Positions 47,972 to 58,719 are shown, counted from the first letter of the stretch. The stretch: DNA of 64,000 nucleotides from Spirochaetia bacterium (GCA_965203055.1 OZ241863.1:1696001-1760000); one strand, 5' to 3'. Notes: a model not told the origin generated them from the sequence alone. A program made the numbers and translations.

Positions 47972-49904
47972 ATGACACACGCGCAGCGCCGGCAAGGAAT
48001 AGGGATCGGGATTCTCTTGCTGCTCACCCCGTGGGCCGCTGGCGCAGCGTGCGGAGCTGCCGCCCGACGATGCGGGAGTGGTATGGCGGTTGGTGCGCGG
48101 CGGCGGCGGCTTTTCCTCTCCCGGCGGAACGACGGGAATGGGCCTGGAGAGCGTTGCGTCGAACGGCGAGCTCTTCGTCGCGGTCGGAGAACGAGGCACG
48201 ATCGTGCGCAGCAGCGATGGAAACAACTGGTCCGAGGCACGTTTCAATCCCGCCGACACCGATTTCACCGAGGTCGTGTGGGGAGGAAGGCGTTTCGTTG
48301 CAGTCGGTGGCTCTACGATCGTAAGCAGCACCGACGGCGATAGTTGGGAGCATTCACGTACTCCCAATTGGCCTTTGAACTTGCAGGGCGTTGCCTGGGG
48401 CAACGATCGCTTCGTCGCGGTGGGTATCGACGGCGCCATCGCGCTGAGCCGCGACGGCCGGCGCTGGCAGCGGGTACCACAACGGGCTACGCCCGCCAAC
48501 CTGTTCGGCATTACCTGGGGAGGCGGCCGCTTCGTAGCGGTCGGGAGCGATGGCGTTATCGTGTACAGCGCCGACGGCGAACACTGGCAGAGGTCACGAG
48601 ACACCGGCACCTCGACCCCGCTCCTCGACGTCGCCTGGAATGGCGAGCGCTACGTGGCGGTTGGCGAAGGCATCATCCTGTACAGCAGCAATGGCAAGCG
48701 CTGGGACGCGGGCCGCAGCGATCTCTCTCCCCCGGAGCGGCTGAACGACGTGGTTTGGGCGGGAGGACGCTTCGTGGCGGCCGGCAACAGGATCCTGCAT
48801 AGCAGCGACGGCGACCTGTGGGAACCGGCGACGGTACAGGTCGACGGGAAGACATTTGAAGCGGCCCAGTTGGTATGGTCGGGCGGGCGGCTGGTGATTT
48901 CCGATGACTGGGACTACTACCTTCACGGCATCGCCTGGAATGGCGCCGGCTTCGTAGCCGTCGGCCGGGGCGGCGCGATCCTGATCAGCAGCGACGGTCT
49001 CCAGTGGGAGCAGGCAAGCGATTCCGGCGCTCTCCTCCCTGAACTCGACGGCGTCGCCTGGGGCGGCGAGCGGTTCGTAGCATTCGCGGACTGGTCGGAT
49101 TCGATCCTGCACAGCGCGGATGGGCAGCGTTGGCAGACCGTGAACGTCGGCCGTGAATTGTACGACATTAACGACGTCGTCTGGGCCGGCGACCGCTTCG
49201 TAGCCGTTGGGCGCACGATTGCCTCCAGCGCGGATGGTGTCCGCTGGCAGGAAGTTTCCGCTTCCTTGGATGAACAACTCAACGCCGTTGCCTGGAACGG
49301 CCAGCACCTGGTCGCCGTTGGCTACGAGGGAATGATCATGCGCAGCGGCGAAGGAGAACGTTGGACGACGGTCGCCGACAGCGCCACCATTGAGGACTTG
49401 ACCGACGTAGTCTGGGGTGGCAAGCGCTATGTCGCCGTCGGATTGAATGGCGTGATCGTGCACAGCGACGACGGAGATCGATGGCGGCCGGCCAGCCGGC
49501 CCGCGGTGCCGGTTCGGGCTGCGCAACCGGACGATCCTCATCGGACCGTCTTCTATGGCTTCAGCGGCGTTGCGTGGAACGGTAAGCGCTTCGTCGCCGT
49601 CGGATGGGGCGGGTACGGTAACGACCGCGTCGGCACGGTCGTGCACAGCAGGGACGGCGACCGCTGGGAGCTGGCGAATGACCACGACTTTCTGGCGGAT
49701 GAGAGTTTCGGAGCCGTCGCCTGGAACGGCACGCGCTTCGCGGCGGTGAGCTACTATGACGGCACTATCATGCACAGCGCCGACGGCGACCGTTGGGATC
49801 CGGCCTCCGACATCGCCACCTTCGACAAGCTGAACGACATTGCCTCGGGTAACGGGCGCTTCGTGGCGGTCGGGTGGAACGGGACCATCGTCGTCAGCCC
49901 ATGA
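47972..49904 (+). pseudogene. Beta-propeller repeat protein copy 2, frameshifted in the signal region (downstream ORF 48078-49904 intact)
   Basis: Paralogous to copy 1 from its ATG; after the Trp codon it has GCCGCTG versus GCGCCGGCGCTG (5-nt loss near 48035). Confidence 0.7.
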
Positions 49905-51121
49905 CGGCCGGTTCGATTCCTTGCGCGGCGCCGGGGCAGCTTGGCTTTGCGGACGACCTGGGAGACCGCATCGGCGCCGCGGTGCAGGAGTTCGTCGACC
50001 GCGGCCGGCTGGCCGGGGCGGTGGTGGCGGTGGCCCGCCGCGGCATGCTGGCGCACCTGGAAGCGCGCGGCATGGCGGACGTCGAGCATGACCGGCCGAT
50101 GCGCGCGGATACCATCTTCCGCATCTACTCGATGACCAAGGCGGTGGGCAGCGCCGCGGTGATGATGCTGTGCGACGCCGGCCGGCTGGAGCTCGACGCG
50201 CCCGCCGCCGACTACCTGCCGTCGCTGCGGGGGCTGCAGGTGGCGCCCGACCCGGCCGCCGGTCAGCGCGACCCGGCGCCCGCCGACCGCGAGATCACGG
50301 TGCGCGACCTGTTGCGCCATACCGCGGGACTGCCCGGCAACGTGGCCGTGGAGCAGGCGCTCCGCGAGCACGGTCTGCCGCCCCTGCGCCGCTGCACCCT
50401 GCAACAGATCGTCGACTGCCTCGACCGGGTGCAGCTCGACTATCAGCCGGGAACGGAGTGGCGCTACAGCTTCGCGGCGGAGGTGCTGGGCCGGCTGGTG
50501 GAAGTGGCCTCAGGGCTCCACTTCGACCAATTCCTGGAGCAGCGCATCTTTCGGCCCCTGGGCATGGCGGACACCGCCTTCTTCTGCCCGCCGGAGCAGG
50601 CGCACCGGTTGGCGGCGATGTATGGCCCCGACTCCGGCGGCGGGCTGCAGGCGGTCGCCGCGCCGCAGGGCGGCACGGTCACGCCGTTCAGCTTCCGCGA
50701 ACCGCCGATCTTCCTCTCCAACGGCGGCGGCCTGGTCTCCACCGCCGGCGACTATCTCCGCTTCTGCCTGCTGCTGGCCGGCGGCGGCGCGCTGGGCGGG
50801 GTGCGGCTGCTGCAACCCGCCACGGCGGCGATGATGACGCGCAACCAGCTCCCCGGGGAACTGATCCCGATCCGCAAGCAGCCGCAGGAGCGCTACGACG
50901 GGCTGGGGTTCGGACTCGGCTTCTCGGTACGGGTGCGGCCATCCGCCTTCGTGCCGGCCTCCCAGGTCGGCGAGTACGGGTGGATCGGCGGCGCCAGCAC
51001 CGAGTTCTGGATCGCCCCGCAGAGCGAGCTGGTGGTGATTACCCTGGCGCAATACCTGCCCTTCTCGCCGCTCAGCCGGGTGGTGAAGGGAATCGTCTAC
51101 GACGCCCTCGCCGAGGCCTAG
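49901..51121 (+). CDS. Serine hydrolase, beta-lactamase class C-like
   Basis: IFRIYSMTK (SxxK), LLRHTAG, PGTEWRYS, YGWIG. Confidence 0.9.
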   Translation: MTAGSIPCAAPGQLGFADDLGDRIGAAVQEFVDRGRLAGAVVAVARRGMLAHLEARGMADVEHDRPMRADTIFRIYSMTKAVGSAAVMMLCDAGRLELDAPAADYLPSLRGLQVAPDPAAGQRDPAPADREITVRDLLRHTAGLPGNVAVEQALREHGLPPLRRCTLQQIVDCLDRVQLDYQPGTEWRYSFAAEVLGRLVEVASGLHFDQFLEQRIFRPLGMADTAFFCPPEQAHRLAAMYGPDSGGGLQAVAAPQGGTVTPFSFREPPIFLSNGGGLVSTAGDYLRFCLLLAGGGALGGVRLLQPATAAMMTRNQLPGELIPIRKQPQERYDGLGFGLGFSVRVRPSAFVPASQVGEYGWIGGASTEFWIAPQSELVVITLAQYLPFSPLSRVVKGIVYDALAEA

Positions 51122-51128
51122 CCGCACC

Positions 51129-52712
51129 ATGCCGCAGCCCGCCGCGCCGCGCCCGAACATCGTGCTGATCATGGCCGACGACCTGGGGTTCAGCGACCTG
51201 GGCTGCTACGGCGGCGAGATCGCCACCCCGAATCTCGACCGCCTGGCGGCCGGCGGACTGCGCTTCACCCACTTCTACAACAACGCGGTGTGCGTCGCTA
51301 CCCGCGCCTCGCTGCTCACCGGCCAGTACTGCCACAAGGTGGGCCTGGGACACCTCGGAGCCCGCCTCCGCGCCGGCCGCAACAACGTCACCTTCGCCGA
51401 GCTGCTGCGCGCCGCCGGCTACCGCACCCTGATGGCCGGGAAGTGGCACAACGGGCACGGGCGCGGCGAACTGCCGGTGGAGCGCGGCTTCGACCGCTAC
51501 TGGGGGCTGGTCGACGGCGGCAGCAACTACTTCAATCCCGGCCTCCGCCGGCCCGGCGAGCCGGAGCCGGTGCACAAGGCGCCCGGCGACTACCGCTACT
51601 GGGGCGACGACGCCCGCCTGCTGCGGCCGTTCACGCCGGAGCAGCCCGACTTCTACGCCACCGACGCGTTCAGCGACCGCGCGGTCTCCTTCCTCGACCG
51701 CTACGGCGCCGGCGAGCAGCCGTTCCTGCTCTACCTCGCCTACACCGCCCCCCACTTTCCGTTGCAGGCGCCGGCCGAGGACGTCGCCCACTATCAGGGC
51801 CGCTACCTGATCGGCTGGGACGAGGTGCGCCGGCGGCGCTACCGGCGCCTGCTCGACCTGGGCCTCGCGCAGCCGCAGTGGGGCGTGTCCGAGCGCGACC
51901 CGATCTGCGGCAGTTGGGAGCAGGCCGCGGACAAGCCGCGCTGGGACCGCAAGATGGCCGTCTACGCCGCCATGGTGGAGCGCATGGACCGCGGCATCGG
52001 GCGGGTGCTCGACAAGCTGCGCGAACTGGACGCGGAGCAGGACACGCTGGTGCTGTTCCTGTCCGACAACGGCGGCTGCGGCGAGCACATCGACAACACC
52101 CCGGAGCGGGATCCGGGCAGCGTCGATACCTACACCACGGTCGACGCGCCGTGGGCCAACGCCAGCAACACGCCGTTCCGCAAGTACAAGGTGTTCGACC
52201 ACGAGGGCGGCATCGCGACCCCGCTGATCGCCTCCTGGCCGCGCGTCATCCGGCCCGGCTCGATCACTCATCAGGTGGGCCACGTCATCGACTTCCTTCC
52301 TACCTTCGCGGAGCTGGCCGGCGCCGCCTGTCCGGCGCGGTTCCGCGGGCAGCCGGTGGCGCCGCTCGACGGCCGCAGCCTGGCGCCGATTCTGCGCGGC
52401 GCCAGGCGCGAGCCGCACGCCGCCCTGTTCTGGGAGCTGAACGGCTGCCGGGCGGTGCGCCGCGGGCGCTGGAAGGCGGTGAGTCTGGGGCCGGAACGGT
52501 GGCACGTGGGGCATCGGATCGCGGCCGGCTGCGACGGCTGGGAGCTGTACGACGTGGCCGCCGATCGCTGCGAGCTGATCGACCGGGCGCGCGAGCGGCC
52601 CGAACTGGTGACCGAGCTGGACCGGCTCTGGCGGCGCTGGTTCGCGGCCTGCCGCCGGGAGCGGGAGCGCGGGCGCGGAGATTCCCCGGAGGGTACTACG
52701 CCGACCGCGTAA
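51129..52712 (+). CDS. Cys-type arylsulfatase
   Basis: PNIVLIMADDLGFSD, CVATRASLLTG, GKWH, APHFPL, LSDNG. Confidence 0.92.
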   Translation: MPQPAAPRPNIVLIMADDLGFSDLGCYGGEIATPNLDRLAAGGLRFTHFYNNAVCVATRASLLTGQYCHKVGLGHLGARLRAGRNNVTFAELLRAAGYRTLMAGKWHNGHGRGELPVERGFDRYWGLVDGGSNYFNPGLRRPGEPEPVHKAPGDYRYWGDDARLLRPFTPEQPDFYATDAFSDRAVSFLDRYGAGEQPFLLYLAYTAPHFPLQAPAEDVAHYQGRYLIGWDEVRRRRYRRLLDLGLAQPQWGVSERDPICGSWEQAADKPRWDRKMAVYAAMVERMDRGIGRVLDKLRELDAEQDTLVLFLSDNGGCGEHIDNTPERDPGSVDTYTTVDAPWANASNTPFRKYKVFDHEGGIATPLIASWPRVIRPGSITHQVGHVIDFLPTFAELAGAACPARFRGQPVAPLDGRSLAPILRGARREPHAALFWELNGCRAVRRGRWKAVSLGPERWHVGHRIAAGCDGWELYDVAADRCELIDRARERPELVTELDRLWRRWFAACRRERERGRGDSPEGTTPTA

Positions 52713-52739
52713 CGCCGACTGCGTAACCGCCGCCGGCCG

Positions 52740-53132
52740 CTACTGCGACTCGCCTCGGTTCTCGTACAACGCGCGGATGAAGCGCCGCGCGCTGTCGCCG
52801 TGCATGCGGCCGACGGAACATTCGCCGTCGAGGATCACGCCGTCATGGATGATCAGCTCCGGGGTGGTCAGGTTGCCGAGCACCCGCGCCGTGGAGCGCA
52901 GCATCACCCGGCTCTCGGCAGTAATGTTGCCGAGCACCACTCCCTCCACCACCACCACCTTGGCGGTGACGTCGGTCTTGATCTTGCCCGCCGGGCCTAC
53001 GTGGAGCTGCTCCACCTCCAGCACCGGTCCCACGAAGCGGCCATCGACGCGCAGGTTGCCGTTGATCGCGCAACGCCCTTCGAATGCCGAATCTTCGCCG
53101 ATCGTCGTGTTGGCGGAGACATTGGCACGCAC
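52740..53132 (-). CDS. Bactofilin (polymer-forming cytoskeletal protein)
   Basis: TTIGEDSAFEG...LRVDG...VVVEGVVLGNI.A...GVILDGEC. Confidence 0.88.
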   Translation of the reverse strand: MRANVSANTTIGEDSAFEGRCAINGNLRVDGRFVGPVLEVEQLHVGPAGKIKTDVTAKVVVVEGVVLGNITAESRVMLRSTARVLGNLTTPELIIHDGVILDGECSVGRMHGDSARRFIRALYENRGESQ

Positions 53133-53147
53133 GATGGCGGCAGGATA

Positions 53148-54152
53148 TTACGAATCGGTCTCCGTTGGCGACTGCCCGCCGGGGGCCGCGGGGGCCGCCG
53201 CGCCGCCGGCCTGCGCCGGGGGGCCGCGGAGGTCGTCGTAGAGGCCGGCGGCGGCGTCCGGCAGCGGCGCCGCCAGCCCCCATACCACCCGCGCCGCTAC
53301 CGCGGCGCGCGTTCCCGCCGGCGCTTCGATTCCGGCAACGACTGCCTCCCGCGCGGCATCGTCCACCGACAGCAGCACCGCGGTCTCGAAACCGCGGCGC
53401 CGGCCCCAGTTGCCGACTACCGCCAGCCGGCCGGCGTCGGCCAGGGCGCGCACCGCCTCGGCGGTCAGTTCGCCGACCTCCAGATACACCACCGCGGCGC
53501 CGGCGCGGATGACGGCATCCAGGCTGTCGCTCAGCCCGGCGCTGCCGCGCGCGCGGTCGAAGCGCTTGACGACCGGCGGGCGGGCGCCGGCGTCGGCAAG
53601 GCCGGCGCGGAACGCCGCGAGGGCGGCGCTCTCCCGCCAGCCGGTCGCCAGCACCGCGGCCTGCGCCGCGTCGGACCGGTCCGCCAGATAGGCCGCCACC
53701 AGGCGCCCGGCGCGCTCGTAGGCGGCGCTGCGCTCAAACGAGACCGCGGTGACGTTGGCCGGCAGCGGAGCGCCGGAACCGCGTCCGGGGCCGGACCAGG
53801 GGAGCAGTACGAACCGCACCTCGGGATGGGCGGCGGCCAACTCCTCCGCCTCCAGCGCGAGCAGCGCGGTCAGCACCACGCCGGCGTAGCGGGCGCCGGC
53901 GAGCTGCTCGGCCAGCTCCGCGTGCGGCTGCTCGGCGCCGACCGGCAGCACCTGCAGGCGGCTGCCGTCGGCCAACACGGTGTCTTCCAGGCCGGCCGCC
54001 AAGTTCGGCCAGGCCGCGGTGACGGCGTGCCAGAACGGCGCCTCCACCGCCACCAGATAGGTGCGCTCCGGGCGCGCGCCGGCGCACCCGCCGGCGGCCG
54101 CCAGGAGCAGGAGGGCGGCGGCGCAGGCCAGCCCGCGCCGCCGCCGCCTGAT
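53148..54152 (-). CDS. Putative BMP/periplasmic-binding-fold lipoprotein; start uncertain
   Basis: RRRRRGLACAAALLLLAAAGGC lipobox-like signal; FERSAAYERAG, AFRAG. Confidence 0.55.
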   Translation of the reverse strand: MRRRRRGLACAAALLLLAAAGGCAGARPERTYLVAVEAPFWHAVTAAWPNLAAGLEDTVLADGSRLQVLPVGAEQPHAELAEQLAGARYAGVVLTALLALEAEELAAAHPEVRFVLLPWSGPGRGSGAPLPANVTAVSFERSAAYERAGRLVAAYLADRSDAAQAAVLATGWRESAALAAFRAGLADAGARPPVVKRFDRARGSAGLSDSLDAVIRAGAAVVYLEVGELTAEAVRALADAGRLAVVGNWGRRRGFETAVLLSVDDAAREAVVAGIEAPAGTRAAVAARVVWGLAAPLPDAAAGLYDDLRGPPAQAGGAAAPAAPGGQSPTETDS

Positions 54153-54177
54153 TGCGCCCGCGCCCGGACGGCGGCGG

Positions 54178-54912
54178 CTAGCCGCCGCCGTCGGGAGCCC
54201 CCCGCGGGTAGTAGCGCAGCACCGGCCACAGCGCGGCGGCGAACGCCGCGGCGCTGCCGGCCGCGGCGAGCTCCGGGCGCCGCAGCGCAACGCCGTACGC
54301 GGCCGCCGCGGTCAGCAGCGGCAGCGCCAGAATGGCCAGCAGCGCCAGCCCCTGCCACCAGATGCGGGCGCCCGCGCTGCGCGCCAACAGGAACGCGGCG
54401 GCGCTCACCAGCGCCAGCCGCAGCAGCGGCAGCAGGATCAACCGATAGAAGCTGGGATCGGCCTGCCGGTCGAGTTGCTCCAGGAGCGCGTACATGCTGA
54501 AGAAGCCCCCCAGGGCGGCCAGCAGGAGCGGCAGCTGCGCTTGCCGGCGGGCGCGCAGCACCGGCCGGGGGGTCGGCGCGCGGCGCGCCCGGGCCGCGCG
54601 CCGCAACAACCCGGACGCGCGGGCGCGGGCGCGGGCGCGCGGCAGGCGCAGCGCCAGCGTGACCGCCAGCGCCGCGGCCAGCGGCCCGCCGTGATCCAGC
54701 GCCAGCGCCTGCAGGTAGAGCAGACGCGGCTCGTAGAGCGGCGGGAACACCCGCGCCAGCAGGGTTGCGAGCGGATAGAGCGGCAGCGCCAGCAGCGCGG
54801 CGGCGGCGAACCAGGGGAGCATCGCCGCGCGCCCGCCAACTCCCGGGGAGGCGCCGCGCGCGGCCAGCGCGGCCACGAACAACGGCGTCGCGAGCCAGGC
54901 GAACAGCGTCAT
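54178..54912 (-). CDS. Hypothetical membrane protein
   Basis: Several hydrophobic segments; follows guaA in the same operon. Confidence 0.6.
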   Translation of the reverse strand: MTLFAWLATPLFVAALAARGASPGVGGRAAMLPWFAAAALLALPLYPLATLLARVFPPLYEPRLLYLQALALDHGGPLAAALAVTLALRLPRARARARASGLLRRAARARRAPTPRPVLRARRQAQLPLLLAALGGFFSMYALLEQLDRQADPSFYRLILLPLLRLALVSAAAFLLARSAGARIWWQGLALLAILALPLLTAAAAYGVALRRPELAAAGSAAAFAAALWPVLRYYPRGAPDGGG

Positions 54913-54976
54913 CGCGCCGCCCGCGCAGGGGCCTGCGCCACCCCGGCCACGTGCCCGGCGCAGCCGCGGCGCCGGT

Positions 54977-56599
54977 TCACTCCCACTCCACCGTCGCCGG
55001 CGGCTTGCTGGAAATGTCGTACACCACGCGGCCGACCTCCGGCACCTCGTTGGTGATGCGCGCCGAAATCGCCAGCAACTCCTCCGGCTCGAACCGGTAC
55101 ACTTCGGCGGTCATGAAATCGTCGCTCACCACGGCGCGCAATGCCACCACTACCCCGTAGTTGCGGCGGTCGCCGGTAACCCCTACCGAGCGCAGCGGCA
55201 GCAGTACCGCGAACGCCTGCGTCACCCGCCGGTACAGGTCACGGCGGCGCAGCTCCTCCAGGTAGATCGCGTCGACCGCGCGCAGCAGCTCGCAGCGCTC
55301 CGGGGTCACCTCCCCCAGGATCCGCACCGCCAATCCCGGGCCGGGGAACGGGTGGCGCCGCAGCACCCGCGGCGGCACGCCGAGGGCGCGCCCGAGGCGG
55401 CGCACCTCATCCTTATAGAGGGCAGCCAGCGGCTCCAGCAACCGTCCGGCGGCGCGCCGCCGGGCCACCAGCGGGGCGGCGACGTTGTGATGCGACTTGA
55501 TCACCTCCGCCTTGTCGCCGACTCCGCTGCCGGACTCGATCAGATCGGTGTACAGCGTTCCCTGCGCCAGGAAGCAGTCCGCCAAGTCCTCCCGCAGCGC
55601 ATCGCGCTGCACCTCGATGAACAGGTTGCCGATGATCCGCCGCTTCCGCTCCGGCTCGGTGACGCCGGCCAGAGCCGCGGCGAACCGGGCCGCGGCGTCC
55701 ACTACCTGCACCTGACGGGCGCCGAGCTGCCGCAGCGCGGCCTGCACCTCGGCGGTCTCGCCGCGCCGCATCAGCCCGGTGTCTACGTAGAGCAGGTGCA
55801 CCTGTTCGGGCGGCAGCGCCTTGAGCAGCAGCGCGGCCACGACGGTGGAGTCGATGCCGCCGGAGATCAGCAGGACCACCGGCTCGGCGCCCACCCTCCG
55901 GCGCAGCTCGGCGACCGCGCGCCGCTCGACCGACTCCAGGTCCCACGAGCGGCGCGCTCCGCACACCGCGGTGGCGAAGTTGTCCAGGAGCTGGCGGCCG
56001 TACTCGGTGTGCGAAACCTCGGGATGAAACTGCAGGCCGAAGATGGGCGCCGGCGCGCCGGCCGGCGCGTCCGCGCTACCTGGCGCGCCGGCCGGCGCGT
56101 CCGCGCTACCTGGCGCGCCGTCCGGCACTGACTCGACCGCCGCCACCGCGCCATGCTGGGACACGGCGGTCTGGCGAAAGCCGGGCGCGACGCGGGTGAC
56201 CGCATCGCCGTGACTCATCCAGGAGCGAAACGCCGCCGGGAGGCCGCGGAACAGCGCCGAGTCAGCCACTCGATCGACCCGCGCGCGGCCATATTCGCGC
56301 ACCCGGCTGCGCGCCACCAACCCGCCGCGGCGCTGCATCAGGTACTGCATGCCGTAGCAGATGCCCAATATCGGCACGCCCAGCCGCAGCAGCTCCGGCG
56401 CGGGCGCCGGCGCGCCGGCGTCATACACCGACGCCGGCGACCCGGACAACACGATGCCGCGCACCTCCTCGCTTCGCTCCAGCTCCGGCAGCCTCACCTC
56501 GCCGGGCAGCACGCGGCTGAACACGCCGCATTCGCGGATGCGGCGGGCGATGAGCTGGCAGGTCTGGCCGCCGAAGTCAAGGACCAGAATGGTATCCAT
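54977..56599 (-). CDS. guaA: GMP synthase (glutamine-hydrolysing)
   Basis: LDFGGQ, LGICYGMQ, QFHPEV, SGGIDS, IKSHHNV, HPFPGPGL, KPPATVEWE. Confidence 0.96.
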   Translation of the reverse strand: MDTILVLDFGGQTCQLIARRIRECGVFSRVLPGEVRLPELERSEEVRGIVLSGSPASVYDAGAPAPAPELLRLGVPILGICYGMQYLMQRRGGLVARSRVREYGRARVDRVADSALFRGLPAAFRSWMSHGDAVTRVAPGFRQTAVSQHGAVAAVESVPDGAPGSADAPAGAPGSADAPAGAPAPIFGLQFHPEVSHTEYGRQLLDNFATAVCGARRSWDLESVERRAVAELRRRVGAEPVVLLISGGIDSTVVAALLLKALPPEQVHLLYVDTGLMRRGETAEVQAALRQLGARQVQVVDAAARFAAALAGVTEPERKRRIIGNLFIEVQRDALREDLADCFLAQGTLYTDLIESGSGVGDKAEVIKSHHNVAAPLVARRRAAGRLLEPLAALYKDEVRRLGRALGVPPRVLRRHPFPGPGLAVRILGEVTPERCELLRAVDAIYLEELRRRDLYRRVTQAFAVLLPLRSVGVTGDRRNYGVVVALRAVVSDDFMTAEVYRFEPEELLAISARITNEVPEVGRVVYDISSKPPATVEWE

Positions 56600-56606
56600 G
56601 GGGCCG

Positions 56607-58061
56607 TCAGCCGGAGGCGCCGGCGGCAAGTTGTTCGCCCAGCCGCTGCATGACCGTGCGGTAGCGCGCCGCAAGCGCGCGCGCCAGGTCACCCGCCCTG
56701 CCGGTGTAGCGCTCCGGGCGGGAGAAGAACTCCTGCGCGCCGGTCCCGCAGCGCGCCCGCACCGCCTTGTCCAGGCGGTCCCAGGTGTCCGGCTCCGCCC
56801 GCGCCGCGTCCAGCAGCGACCCGCCGGGCCGCTCGCACGCCAGCGTCAGGCGGCGGATTCGCTCGTGGGCGCCGGCGTCGCCGGACGCGGCCAGCAGCAC
56901 GTAGGCCGCCTCGGCCAGCACCAGGTCGGCGCCGCCGGCCCGCAGCCGCGCGCGCATCCGCGCGCGGTCCACCTGCAGGCCGGCCACCACCCGCAGCATG
57001 CGGTTGGCCGCGGCGGTGAACCCGGCGACGAATTCCGCGGCGAAGCGCGCCGACGCGGAGTTGGTCAGGTCGCGCTGGTGCTCCGACACCTGGTCCATGA
57101 AGAAGGTCATGGCGCGCGGCGCGAACGTCTTCCACAGACTCTTGACGTGCTCGCAGTTCCAGGGGTTGCGCTTCTGCGGCATGGTGGAGGAGCCCACCTG
57201 CCGGCGGCCGAACGGCTCGCGCACTTCGTCGATCTCGGAGCGCTGGAGGTTGCGCAGGTCGTCGGCCAGGTTGGCCAGAATCCCGAACGCGGTGTTCAGC
57301 TCCAGCAGCGCCCGCAGCAGATACTCCGGTTCCACGATCTGGGTAGCGCTCTCCGAGGGCTGCAGTCCGAGGCCGGCGAGCACCGCGCGCTCCAGTTCCT
57401 GCGGGTCGTCGACCAGCAGCGCGGTGGCGTGGTAGGCGCCGACCGCGCCCGCCAGCTTGCCGCGCAAGTCGTCGCAGCGCCGCTTGAGGCGCACGATCGA
57501 CTTGCCGAGTCGGGCGACGTATTCGGCGACGGCGAAGCCGAAGGTGACCGGCACCGCGTACTGGCCGTGGGTGCGCCCCACCTGCACGCTGTCCGCCTCC
57601 CGTTCGGCCAGCTCGATCAGCGCCGCCTCCAGGCGGATCAGCAGCGGCAGCACCACGCCGCGCAGCGCGTCCCGATAGCGCGCCGCGTTGGCGGTGTCGG
57701 TAATGTCGTACGAGGTGGCTCCGAGGTGCGCCAGGTGGCGCACCTCGACCGGCAGCTCGCGTTGCAGCACGTTGACCAGGGCGCGCAGGTTGTGATCGGT
57801 GACCCGTTCTTCGGCCGCCACTGCGGCCGCGGTGACCCGGCCGGCGGCCGCGCGGATGCGTTGCTCCAGGCCCTCGTCCGGCGCGTTCCCCGGCAGCCGG
57901 CGCAGCAGTTCGATGAGCAGCGCGCTCTCCACCTGCGCGGCATAGCGCACCCCCGCCTCCTCGCCCAGGCAATCCGCCAGCGCTTCGAACTGCTCGCGGT
58001 TGGCCAGCCAGTAGCGGTGGTCCAACGGCGAGATGAAGCGGAACCGGTCGCGCGTTTCCAT
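56607..58061 (-). CDS. purB: Adenylosuccinate lyase
   Basis: ISPLDHRY, HLGATS.DI, GRTHGQ, GSSTMPQKRNP. Confidence 0.93.
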   Translation of the reverse strand: METRDRFRFISPLDHRYWLANREQFEALADCLGEEAGVRYAAQVESALLIELLRRLPGNAPDEGLEQRIRAAAGRVTAAAVAAEERVTDHNLRALVNVLQRELPVEVRHLAHLGATSYDITDTANAARYRDALRGVVLPLLIRLEAALIELAEREADSVQVGRTHGQYAVPVTFGFAVAEYVARLGKSIVRLKRRCDDLRGKLAGAVGAYHATALLVDDPQELERAVLAGLGLQPSESATQIVEPEYLLRALLELNTAFGILANLADDLRNLQRSEIDEVREPFGRRQVGSSTMPQKRNPWNCEHVKSLWKTFAPRAMTFFMDQVSEHQRDLTNSASARFAAEFVAGFTAAANRMLRVVAGLQVDRARMRARLRAGGADLVLAEAAYVLLAASGDAGAHERIRRLTLACERPGGSLLDAARAEPDTWDRLDKAVRARCGTGAQEFFSRPERYTGRAGDLARALAARYRTVMQRLGEQLAAGASG

Positions 58062-58161
58062 GCGGCAGTCTATGGGCTGGCCACCCTGCTCGACAAGCCG
58101 ACGCGGATTCGCCCGGCAACCGATTGGCGCGCGGCGGGCAGGGCGCGTACCCTTGGCGCGC

Positions 58162-58719
58162 ATGGCAACCAAGGCCCTGGAGCTGTTCAGCGCCTATCGC
58201 AGCGGCCGGGTGCCGCCGGGCGGCGGCTACGTCGTGTCCTCGTTCATGGTGGATGGGTCGGCCTACGTGCGCTACGAAATCGTGGCCTACCGGCGGGCGC
58301 GCAGCCTGCGTCTGTCGCGCGAGGGCCTTACCTTCGCGGCCGACGGCAGCCGCGTCTTCGTGCTCGTGGAGTCGGAGGCCTGGCCCGACAAGGCCGCCGA
58401 ACCGTGGCGCCGCGGCGCCCGCCACCGCATCCCCCACTGCTTCGCGGAGCTGGCGGCGGTGGCGGTGCGCAATCACTCCCGGATCATGGTGAGCCGCGCC
58501 CCGGTCGTCATCTCGGCGGAGTTCACCATCCCCTGCCCGGCGGAAATCGACTTCGCCTTCCTGTTCCTCCCGCGCCCCGGCGCGCTCGATACGATCCACG
58601 CGTTCATGGCCAAGACCCTGCAGGAGGAGTGCCTGATACCGGCCTCGGAGGCGCGCCGGGCGGCCGGGTTGATCCGCTCCGCCCTGGCGCGCTGCAGCAT
58701 CGGCAGCCGGCCCTGGTAG
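58162..58719 (+). CDS. Hypothetical protein
   Basis: MATKALELFSAY; GC-typical codon usage; divergent from purB. Confidence 0.65.
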   Translation: MATKALELFSAYRSGRVPPGGGYVVSSFMVDGSAYVRYEIVAYRRARSLRLSREGLTFAADGSRVFVLVESEAWPDKAAEPWRRGARHRIPHCFAELAAVAVRNHSRIMVSRAPVVISAEFTIPCPAEIDFAFLFLPRPGALDTIHAFMAKTLQEECLIPASEARRAAGLIRSALARCSIGSRPW

